A stretch of DNA of 64,000 nt from positions 20,897-84,896 of the forward strand of contig CAZLDS010000004.1 in assembly GCA_964558395.1 (NCBI GenBank), written 5' to 3'. This document shows positions 56,653-64,000 of the stretch, piece after piece (the stretch's first letter is position 1; the number at the start of each line of letters is the position of its first letter). The stretch is from an uncultured bacterium (GTDB lineage Bacteria; Methylomirabilota; Methylomirabilia; Methylomirabilales; CSP1-5). A program made the translations under genes and the position numbers. The notes below the pieces were generated by a model. That model was not told where the DNA came from and searched no databases. It worked only from the letters and a program-made list of their open reading frames with translations.

Positions 56653-59600
56653 TTAAGCTCGCACCATACCCTCTCGCATTTCATCTTCGGTGACGACTCT
56701 GCCCGGAACGTCTTGAAGATCAAGCTCCGCTTCGCGGGCAGCTCCAAAGAGCACGTACAATGCCGGGACACCGGCCAGGGAATAAATCGTCGCCGTCACC
56801 AGGCTACCGAGAACGACGACGGCCGTCGGATGCACGATTTCGAGACCGGCGATGTTGCCGAAAAACCCCAGGGGTAGGAAAGCCAGTGCGGTGGTGACCG
56901 CCGTCATCAAGATCGGGGCAGATCGTTCCCGAGTCGCACGCTGAACGAGCTCGGCGCCAAACTTTTCACCCTCACGCTCGAGAGTACGGTAACGGCTAAT
57001 CAACGTGATACTGTTCCGCACGACAATTCCCCAGACCGCGATGAATCCCGCGATCGAACCGAGTGAGAGCAGGCCGCCGCTGGTCACGAAGACAGCCAGC
57101 ACACCGCCCACCAGAGCCATGGGCAGGGTTAGGAAGACGGCCGTCGCCAGGCGCCAGCTCCGGAAGAACACCTGCAAGAGCAGGAAAGCCCCAATGGCCG
57201 CGGCAATCGCATAAGCGAGCACGCGCTGCTCGGCAGCATCGCGTTCCACGTACTCTCCGAGCAGCTCCGCGCGGTACTCAAGCGGAAACGCGACTTTCTC
57301 GAGACGATCTTCGACCTCGTCCCCTACGGCGCCGAGATCGCGTCCACGCACGTTGGCTGCCACATCCACGTAACGCGCCACGGCATCTCGATGGATCTCG
57401 GTGACAGAGGGCACGATGCGCACATGCGCCACGTCTTTCAAGCGCACATGGCTACCCGAGGGGGTGTCGATTAGCAGATTTTGAACATTGGTAACACTGT
57501 GGCGGGTCTCGGGCGTGCCCCATACCACAACGTCGAACACTTTCTGTTCTTCGAAAAGCGCGCCGACGACAATGCCCGACACCAATGAGGTCGCGGCGCG
57601 GCGGACATCGCCAGGCTTGAGGTTATAGCGTTTGGCTCTTTCGACATCGACCTCGATTTCCAAAGTGGGCATTTCTGGAGGATATTGTACTTTGGCATTA
57701 ACAATGCCGTCGGTCCCCGCCAGGAGCTTCTGAACCTCCTCTGCCTTATTGCGGATCATATTCATATTCTCACCGTACACGCGCACGACGAGCGATTTAC
57801 CGGTTCCCGTCAACTCCTCTCTGACCTTTTTTTGCAGATAGGTCAGCACCTCAGGAGACAGGCCAGGATAGCCGGCAACCACTTCCTTGACCCTGGCGAC
57901 GGTCGCTTCGTAGTCGGCTGAAGGATCGATGCTGACCCACAGCTCACTGGAATTGATATTCGTCCGCTTATCCGACATGATGGCGCGTCCCATAAGAGCG
58001 CTGACATTGCGGACGCCTGGAATCGACCGCAGCTCGCGGCTGGCGAGCGTGATGATGCGGCTCATGGCCGGATGGGAAGCGCTGGAGCTGCCTTCCATGC
58101 GAACCACCAGGTCCGTTTCTTTGAAAGCGGGCAGCAGAGACTCCTGGCGGAGGAATGGAACGAACGCGAAGCCGACAACGACGAGCGCACAGACAGCGAC
58201 AAATGCTGGGATTGGTGTGCGGGCAGCCCATCCCAAAAGACCGCTGTGGATGCCGCGCAGCATCCCCATCCCAGGAGAATCACCGGCCCGGAGCGAGGCA
58301 TTGCGCAAGAGGAACACACTCAACGCCGGCGTGACGGTCAGCGCAACCGCAAAGGAGGCGAGCAACGCCAGTATATAGGACGTGGCGACTGGCCGAGAAA
58401 ACGCGCCGGACAAACCTTCCAGGAAGAAGGCCGGCACCACCGCCAGTGCCATAATGGCCGTCGCGTAGACGAGGGGGCTGCGCATCTCGAGGGCGGCATG
58501 GAAAATGATAGTTGACGTCGACTTGGCGTGACCTTCTTCAGGCGCCTGGCGAAGACGTCGCACAATATTTTCTATGTCGACGATCGCGTCGTCGATGATG
58601 ACACCAAGGGCGATCATCAGCCCGGTGATGATCATCATATTGATCGTGACGCCCCTCATGTAAAGCACCGTTCCGGCGGCGATCACAGACATCAACACCG
58701 CCACGGTACTGATGAACCCCGTGCGCCAGTCGAAGAAAAAGGCAAGGAAAGCCACAATCATGAGCACCGCGCCGAAGAGCAGCGCCGAGGAGAGATTGGC
58801 AACCGCTAGCTCGAGGTAGGTCGCCGGCCGAAAGAGGGTGGAATCCATCTGCATATCGGAGACAGCAGGCCGCAAGTCTGTGAGCGCCTTTTCCACTTCT
58901 TTTGTTACATCCTTCGTATTGGCCCAGGGGAATTTCTCCACGACCAGCGTGAGCGCAGGCGCCTGGTTGACGATAGCATCCCCGATGAGCGGTTGATGGT
59001 CCTCCACCACTTCGGCCACGTCTCCCAAACGCTTCGCTGAGGCGTCGTCGATCGGCACCTTGGCCAGGTCCACCGCCGCTGTGATGGGCAGGACATGTCG
59101 GATGCTGAGCCTTTGATTGGGGGTATCGATCCATCCGCCGGTGCCGGGCGTCGAGGCTTCCAAAAAGCTCAATGGCGAGGCCCACAGCGAGTTGCCGGCG
59201 GTCTTGATGAGTTGCATCAGCGTCAGGCCTTCGGCCCGCAGCCGCTCGGGATCGACTTGCACCTGCAACTGCCGCTGGCGTTCGCCCCATATCGATACAT
59301 TGGCCACGCCGGGCAATCCCATTAAGCGGGGCATAATCGTCCAGCGCGCGAGCACCGACATTTCGATCAGGGACAACTTATCCGAGGTCAAGCCGATCTC
59401 CATGAACCTGCCGGCTGAGGAGACGGGATTGATCATGGTAAACTGGTTCGACACCTGTGGCAGGGCAAATATCTCGATGAGGCGCTCCTGGGCCACTTGC
59501 CGGGCCCGCATGATGTCGGTCCCTTTCTCAAAGATGAGCGTGATCGACGACAGGCCGGGAAGTGACACGGAACGGATTTCCTCAGCCCATGGGGTCCCGT

Positions 59601-59823
59601 TGAGCATGTCCGCCTCTAGGGGCGTGGTGATCATGGCCTCCACTTCCTGGGCGGAAAGTCCCAGGGCCTCAATTTGAATCTCCACATACGGGCGTGAGAA
59701 CTCGGGCAAGGCGTCCACCGGCATGGTGCGCAGCTGCGTGAAACCGAAAACCATCAGCAATGCCGCGAACGCAACAACGACGAGTCGAAGCTTCAAGCTC
59801 GACCCAACGATCCAACGCATCAT
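56653..59823 (-). CDS. RND efflux permease, CusA/CzcA (COG3696)-like, paralog of the 52942-56091 gene
   Basis: 1056 aa. MMRWIVGSSLKLRLVVV and LGVIIDDAIVDIENIVRRL. By eye, about half of positions are identical to the neighbouring pump. Confidence 0.9.
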   Translation of the reverse strand: MMRWIVGSSLKLRLVVVAFAALLMVFGFTQLRTMPVDALPEFSRPYVEIQIEALGLSAQEVEAMITTPLEADMLNGTPWAEEIRSVSLPGLSSITLIFEKGTDIMRARQVAQERLIEIFALPQVSNQFTMINPVSSAGRFMEIGLTSDKLSLIEMSVLARWTIMPRLMGLPGVANVSIWGERQRQLQVQVDPERLRAEGLTLMQLIKTAGNSLWASPLSFLEASTPGTGGWIDTPNQRLSIRHVLPITAAVDLAKVPIDDASAKRLGDVAEVVEDHQPLIGDAIVNQAPALTLVVEKFPWANTKDVTKEVEKALTDLRPAVSDMQMDSTLFRPATYLELAVANLSSALLFGAVLMIVAFLAFFFDWRTGFISTVAVLMSVIAAGTVLYMRGVTINMMIITGLMIALGVIIDDAIVDIENIVRRLRQAPEEGHAKSTSTIIFHAALEMRSPLVYATAIMALAVVPAFFLEGLSGAFSRPVATSYILALLASFAVALTVTPALSVFLLRNASLRAGDSPGMGMLRGIHSGLLGWAARTPIPAFVAVCALVVVGFAFVPFLRQESLLPAFKETDLVVRMEGSSSASHPAMSRIITLASRELRSIPGVRNVSALMGRAIMSDKRTNINSSELWVSIDPSADYEATVARVKEVVAGYPGLSPEVLTYLQKKVREELTGTGKSLVVRVYGENMNMIRNKAEEVQKLLAGTDGIVNAKVQYPPEMPTLEIEVDVERAKRYNLKPGDVRRAATSLVSGIVVGALFEEQKVFDVVVWGTPETRHSVTNVQNLLIDTPSGSHVRLKDVAHVRIVPSVTEIHRDAVARYVDVAANVRGRDLGAVGDEVEDRLEKVAFPLEYRAELLGEYVERDAAEQRVLAYAIAAAIGAFLLLQVFFRSWRLATAVFLTLPMALVGGVLAVFVTSGGLLSLGSIAGFIAVWGIVVRNSITLISRYRTLEREGEKFGAELVQRATRERSAPILMTAVTTALAFLPLGFFGNIAGLEIVHPTAVVVLGSLVTATIYSLAGVPALYVLFGAAREAELDLQDVPGRVVTEDEMREGMVRA

Positions 59824-59933
59824 GACTGGGGCCCTCCCTTAGTATGGTGACCTGTTTGGTTTATTTCCAATGCCACGAATGTCTCTTGACCTTTCACGCC
59901 AGGCATGTCCTCCGCCGGGGGCGTCCGACCGCG

Positions 59934-61829
59934 TTACCACACGTACGTAAGTTGCGAGAAGAACCCGTTCGCGGAGTTGCCGGTACCGCCTGCACTCTGC
60001 GAGTAGTCCCAGACGTGGGAATACTCGAGCGAAAACTTGACACCGTCCAAGACCCACTCGCTCACGTTCACGAGGAATCGCCTCCTGGGAACGAACCCGA
60101 CCCTGTTCCCATCTTGCATTACCCCCGCCAGATCGTAGCTCTGCGAGTAGCCGATGGCGAAAAAGGTTCCTTGATCGCCAATCGCTTCAACCCACGGGTT
60201 CCAATCGAATTGATAGCCGAGTGAGATTTGCCAGGCACCAGGCATGATGTTGACGGAAGTCCCCGAATTATCGACAAATCTTGCCCGTTGGATGGCCCCA
60301 TTCCACTCACCAACGAGTGATACAGGACCGAGGGTTCCTTTGACACTTGCAGCCATCCCGGGCACGAAACCGATCTGGCCCAGAAACGCCTGATATTCGG
60401 ATGACAGGAACTGACTGTCGAAAACCGAGGTGTTGAAATCGACATCGACATCGACAGACCACGGACAAAAGAATTCCAGCCAGCTCTGCCGCTTGCCGGC
60501 ACCGAGCTGATCGTAAGAACGACCACAATGCCCCTTGGTGCGAAAACCCACCGTGGCGTCAATGTGATGCCCAGGGTCCCACCCCGTTTTTTCGAGCCCG
60601 TCAAAGGTATCACCGTTGTAAAAATAGACGCCCGCATTGAAAAGAGGAGGAGCTGGCGTGGGAATGAAGGGAGTTGGGGGCGGCGGCCGTGTCGGAGGTG
60701 CATCATAGCCAAGGCCCCGCATGACTGAGCTGACGAGGGGATTGATCACCAGTGGCCTGACCGGCGGCGGCGTGATCGGTGGACCGGGTGGAGTCGGAGG
60801 TGGAGTCGGAAACGCGACGCCCAACCCGATGGCGACGTTTTTCATCTCGAACACTTCTATGGTCAGTGGATCTTCAATGGTCAGCACATCTGCCACGGGA
60901 TCGCCCGTCGAGATGCCGAAGGGCAAGACAATTTGGCCCCCCGTCACGAAAGGTGGGAATCTCTGCGGATCGCCAATGAGGATAAAAGCCGTGTCGATAC
61001 TGATTCGATCAACCCCCGTGTTAAAACCATCGGTCGTGGGAAAGAGCACATCTGTACCGTCAAGAAATTCGAGGATGAGACTTCCCAAGGTCCAATCGTT
61101 TGCCTGGACTTCAAAGTCGAGCTCAGCTGTATTCAACGTGAGCACGCCCTCAGACGGACCGGAAAAATTCTCCTGCCATCCCGCGAGCACCTCGAGCGTA
61201 CCGCCGAACGTCACAGACTCGTTGATCTTCGATCCCACCGTCGCAAGGGCTTGTCGAATGATCGAACGGGTCGCTTCTTCCCGGGCAGCCTTCTCGGCTT
61301 CCAACTCTTCGACGCGTTCCTCCAGCTGTTTCTGGTTCCCGTTCTCGGCCTCGACCCGTCCGGGCTGATTCTCGGCTTCTTCCTGCGTCTGCGCGCGTGT
61401 GTGTTGGGCCGCTTCGAGCTCAGCTACTCGCTGCGCAAGCGCACGATTCTGTGTCCGCAGCGCTTCGATGGCGCGATTCTGTGCCTGGAGCATTTGGGTG
61501 ATACGTTTAATTTTCGAAATACCATCCGCGGCATGTTTCAGAATTTGCGCTCTATAGGTCGCAGTGCGACCGTTCCCTATTTCCTTTCTGACAGCCTCCA
61601 AGAATTCTTCTTCTGTATTAAAATTGTGATCTTTGAGGGCTTCCAACTTTTCTACAATTTCGTTAGGAAGCCCCTCTTGTCGTAGACTCTCCAGAGACTG
61701 TTCGGTGAGTGTAACCCCCCCCTCATCCGCACCGGCGGCGGTCCCTCGTTCAGCCCAGGCCGTTGACCCGGCGAGAACGCAAAACGTCAATACCGTGAGC
61801 ACGGTACTCTTAATTCTCACGAGCTTCAT
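59934..61829 (-). CDS. Outer-membrane beta-barrel protein with an N-terminal coiled coil and an internal proline-rich insert
   Basis: Signal peptide ending AWA. A heptad-rich segment of about 150 aa follows (NRAIEALRTQNRALAQRVAELEAA ... LEERVEELEAEKAA). Then come alternating beta-strand patterns and the C-terminal FFSQLTYVW, an aromatic OMP terminus. The insert reads PTPPPTPPGPPITPPPVRP ... PPTRPPPPTPFIPTPAPP. Confidence 0.7.
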   Translation of the reverse strand: MKLVRIKSTVLTVLTFCVLAGSTAWAERGTAAGADEGGVTLTEQSLESLRQEGLPNEIVEKLEALKDHNFNTEEEFLEAVRKEIGNGRTATYRAQILKHAADGISKIKRITQMLQAQNRAIEALRTQNRALAQRVAELEAAQHTRAQTQEEAENQPGRVEAENGNQKQLEERVEELEAEKAAREEATRSIIRQALATVGSKINESVTFGGTLEVLAGWQENFSGPSEGVLTLNTAELDFEVQANDWTLGSLILEFLDGTDVLFPTTDGFNTGVDRISIDTAFILIGDPQRFPPFVTGGQIVLPFGISTGDPVADVLTIEDPLTIEVFEMKNVAIGLGVAFPTPPPTPPGPPITPPPVRPLVINPLVSSVMRGLGYDAPPTRPPPPTPFIPTPAPPLFNAGVYFYNGDTFDGLEKTGWDPGHHIDATVGFRTKGHCGRSYDQLGAGKRQSWLEFFCPWSVDVDVDFNTSVFDSQFLSSEYQAFLGQIGFVPGMAASVKGTLGPVSLVGEWNGAIQRARFVDNSGTSVNIMPGAWQISLGYQFDWNPWVEAIGDQGTFFAIGYSQSYDLAGVMQDGNRVGFVPRRRFLVNVSEWVLDGVKFSLEYSHVWDYSQSAGGTGNSANGFFSQLTYVW

Positions 61830-62277
61830 TCATTCTTCCTCCCTCGTGTGGGGGGGCCAGTTCCTCCAAGGGAACCAAGCCCACTCCTAAGCCCGGGCTC
61901 AGATAGGTCTGCCCCGTGACCACCATCCGAATCGCGAGGAACAGTTCCGTGAACATATCTTCCTTTAGTACGTAGCCCGACGCCCCGGCATCGAGCATGG
62001 CCTCGACGAATAGCTTGTCGGCATGCACAGACAGTGCGAGTACCTTGGTGCGATGAGCAGAAGCAACAATGTGGCGTGTCGCCTCAATGCCACTCACAGT
62101 GGGCATGGCCACGTCCATGATGACGACATCCGGCTCCAACTCCCTGGACAACCGAATCGCGGCCTGGCCGTTCTCGGCCTCACCTATCACAATCAGACTG
62201 GAATCCTTGTCAAGCAAGGACCGGAGGCACTGGCGGAATTCCGTCTTGTTGTCGGCCAGGACAAGTCGTGTGATCAT
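61810..62277 (-). CDS. Stand-alone NarL-type receiver domain protein (no LuxR HTH)
   Basis: ITRLVLADN ... DVVIMDVAMPTVSGIEATRHI ... VLALSVH ... GASGYVLK is a NarL/FixJ-type REC domain. The protein ends after about 25 more residues without an HTH. Its last 20 nt overlap the OMP gene start. Confidence 0.75.
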   Translation of the reverse strand: MITRLVLADNKTEFRQCLRSLLDKDSSLIVIGEAENGQAAIRLSRELEPDVVIMDVAMPTVSGIEATRHIVASAHRTKVLALSVHADKLFVEAMLDAGASGYVLKEDMFTELFLAIRMVVTGQTYLSPGLGVGLVPLEELAPPHEGGRMNEAREN

Positions 62278-62397
62278 TTCGTGGCTCAGACGTCTTCCGT
62301 GCACCATGAGTACAGCGTTTGTCGCGTCGGGCGACGATACACAACCTTGCGGCCCCAGGCTTGCCGCCAAGCCGCCAATGTGTCGTCAACTATCTAT

Positions 62398-62530
62398 GAC
62401 AATTTCGCCGCAAGAAAACAATCGGCGAATTCCTGAATTTGGCGTTCCGAAAAGCTGATTCCGCGACGGAAGCCGGACCGAGCATGAACACCGAGCGTGG
62501 AGAACTACGCCCCGGGAAAGCGGCGAATTT
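62398..62530. promoter_or_regulatory. Three copies of a CGGCGAA(A)TT motif in the 325-bp region upstream of the export gene array
   Basis: aatttcgccg (62401-62410, inverted), cggcgaatt (62423-62431) and cggcgaattt (62521-62530). The middle copy lies within the imperfect palindrome GCGAATTC-CT-GAATTTGGC. Confidence 0.3.
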
Positions 62531-62603
62531 GCGTGCGAAAACGAACGAAGGATGAAAAAAAAGTTCTTTTGGAGGAAGGAGGGGCTTGGCCTACCGGTGG
62601 AGA

Positions 62604-63251
62604 TCAGTAGGAGGCGGTCAATCCATGCCTGATCGCATATTTCGTGAGCCCGGCAACGCTGGGGATACTCAGTTTTTCCATGATGCGCCGGCGGTGGGTG
62701 TCTATAGTTTTTATGCTCAGGTGGAGTTGCCCGGCAATATCCTTGGTGGAATGACCCTCGGCTACTAGCTGAAGCACCTCCCGCTCTCGCCCCGTCAAAC
62801 AGGACAAAGGAGAGGTGTGCCCGGACCGGAGCGTCCTGTAGCCTTCTAGAATGGGACCTGCGACGGCCGGAGAAAGGTACGTTTGGTTGGCCATCACGGC
62901 GCGGATGGCCGTGAGCATCTCCTCAAACGGGGACTCCTTGAGCAAATATCCCGAGGCGCCGCCTTCGAACGCATCTCCGACAAACTGCTCGCTAGCATGC
63001 ATAGATAAACACAGGATCCGAACCCTAGGCAGCTCGGCGGTAATTTGGCGCGTCGCCTCAATACCGTTCATTCCAGGCATCGACACGTCCATGATAACCA
63101 GGTCAGGCTTCTTTTCACGGGCAACCTTCACGGCGTCCCGACCGTCCCGCGCCTCAGCGATGACCTCGAGGTCACTTTGCTTTTCGAGTAAAGCGCGCAG
63201 CCCGCTTAAGAACATCACATGGTCGTCGACCAGCACAATCCCGACCTTCAT
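62604..63251 (-). CDS. NarL/FixJ family response regulator (REC plus LuxR-type HTH)
   Basis: IVLVDDH ... DLVIMDVSMPGMNG ... ILCLSMH ... GYLLK. The HTH region reads LTGREREVLQLVAEGHSTKDIAGQLHLSIKTIDTHRRRIMEKL. Confidence 0.9.
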   Translation of the reverse strand: MKVGIVLVDDHVMFLSGLRALLEKQSDLEVIAEARDGRDAVKVAREKKPDLVIMDVSMPGMNGIEATRQITAELPRVRILCLSMHASEQFVGDAFEGGASGYLLKESPFEEMLTAIRAVMANQTYLSPAVAGPILEGYRTLRSGHTSPLSCLTGREREVLQLVAEGHSTKDIAGQLHLSIKTIDTHRRRIMEKLSIPSVAGLTKYAIRHGLTASY

Positions 63252-63325
63252 GCCTGATAACCCCTCAATCAAAATACCCCACGATCCCTACTGCAAGGGC
63301 CCACCGCATCGGGTTTTGTTCCGCT

Positions 63326-64000
63326 TCATTGAAGCGGCGCGACCACGAGCACGCGGGTCCCCCGGCCAGGTACGCCTTCCAGCTCGAGCCGCCCCCCCAG
63401 CTGTTTCAATTGCTCCTGAATGCTGAAGAGACCAAACCGATAGGTCGTAGGGACGCCTCGACCGACGGCAGAGGCGTCGATTCCCACCCCATCATCTTCG
63501 ACGATGATGTGTACTTGACCGCCAACCCGGTGTATCTCCACTTTTGCCTGACGCGCTTGAGCATGCTTTTCGATGTTCCGAATCAGTTCGCGTACGATTC
63601 GATATAACACGACGCTGATTTGATCGGACTGCGGCCTCGGCTGTTTGTCAGACTTGAAATGACATCGAATACCTGTGTGTTTCTGCAGCTGCCCAGTCAG
63701 CTGCTCGAGCGCAGCGTCGAGGCCCAAGGTGTAGAGGACGGGCGAGCTCAGCTCGAACGTGAGCAGGCGAATAGTCTCGATCGTATGATCGATCAGCGCG
63801 CGGATTTCTTTGGTGAGCCCGGTGCTTTCATCGGAAACCTCCGCTTGCAACAACTCGTTGAGTTTAATCTTGGCGATGGCCAGGACTTGCCCGACATCAT
63901 CATGCAGACCCATCGCGATCCGCCGGCGCTCCCGCTCTTCGGCCAAAGACAACGCTATCGTGAGAGCCTGGAGCTTCTCTCTGTACACACGGATCTGCTG
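63326..64000 (-). CDS. Sensor histidine kinase, HisKA_3 (NarX/DesK) type; N-terminus lies beyond the window
   Basis: H-box RRRIAMGLHDDVGQ. HATPase N-box LVRELIRNIEKHA, G1 VEDDGVGI and G2 FGLFSIQEQLKQLGGRLE. The reading frame is still open at base 64000. Confidence 0.85.
   Translation of the reverse strand, partial: QQIRVYREKLQALTIALSLAEERERRRIAMGLHDDVGQVLAIAKIKLNELLQAEVSDESTGLTKEIRALIDHTIETIRLLTFELSSPVLYTLGLDAALEQLTGQLQKHTGIRCHFKSDKQPRPQSDQISVVLYRIVRELIRNIEKHAQARQAKVEIHRVGGQVHIIVEDDGVGIDASAVGRGVPTTYRFGLFSIQEQLKQLGGRLELEGVPGRGTRVLVVAPLQ

Overview
High-GC (about 60%) bacterial chromosomal segment, densely coding with roughly 58 CDS. I found no rRNA, tRNA, CRISPR array, transposase or integrase. 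There are three strand blocks: 1-24.6 kb almost all minus, 24.8-45.1 kb all plus, 45.1-64 kb all minus.

Content by region:
- 1-21 kb: housekeeping and stress genes. These include a sulfite-oxidase-family molybdoenzyme, two Hsp20, a B12 acyl-CoA mutase pair with a PaaK-like CoA ligase, a ClC channel, two tandem double-USP genes, hpt, thrB, and several atypical receiver-domain proteins.
- 26-35 kb: an envelope glycoconjugate-type operon with a methyltransferase, GT2, two radical SAM/SPASM enzymes, DoxX, GT-C, a processive GT2 and a PQQ-like propeller.
- 35-45 kb: NDH-2, an HD-GYP protein, a 900-aa polytopic sulfatase-like protein, DedA plus a flavoprotein disulfide reductase, DUF2064 and Nudix.
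- 45-64 kb: a long minus-strand export array with MacAB, two tandem CusA/CzcA-like RND pumps separated by a miniature adaptor-like lipoprotein, and an unusual coiled-coil beta-barrel OMP. A NarL-type two-component system sits next to it.

The most interesting signal is at 21.6-25.9 kb. Two genes that the ORF track splits at in-frame TGA codons read through as intact exported proteins. In both, the TGA sits exactly at the first Cys of the family CxxC motif: a TlpA/DipZ-C-type redoxin (FWTYG-U-INC) and a DUF3179 protein (ITW-U-PLC). They are therefore probable selenoproteins. They flank a ccdA gene and an ECF sigma / zinc-type (HxxxCxxC) membrane anti-sigma pair. The sigma-DUF3179 intergenic region carries two divergent, identically spaced GGGAATA-N16-TGTT elements, which equals GGAAT-N18-GTT, the SigR/SigH disulfide-stress promoter type.

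All calls rest on motif reading of the translations and sequence, with no database search. Start codons are best guesses.
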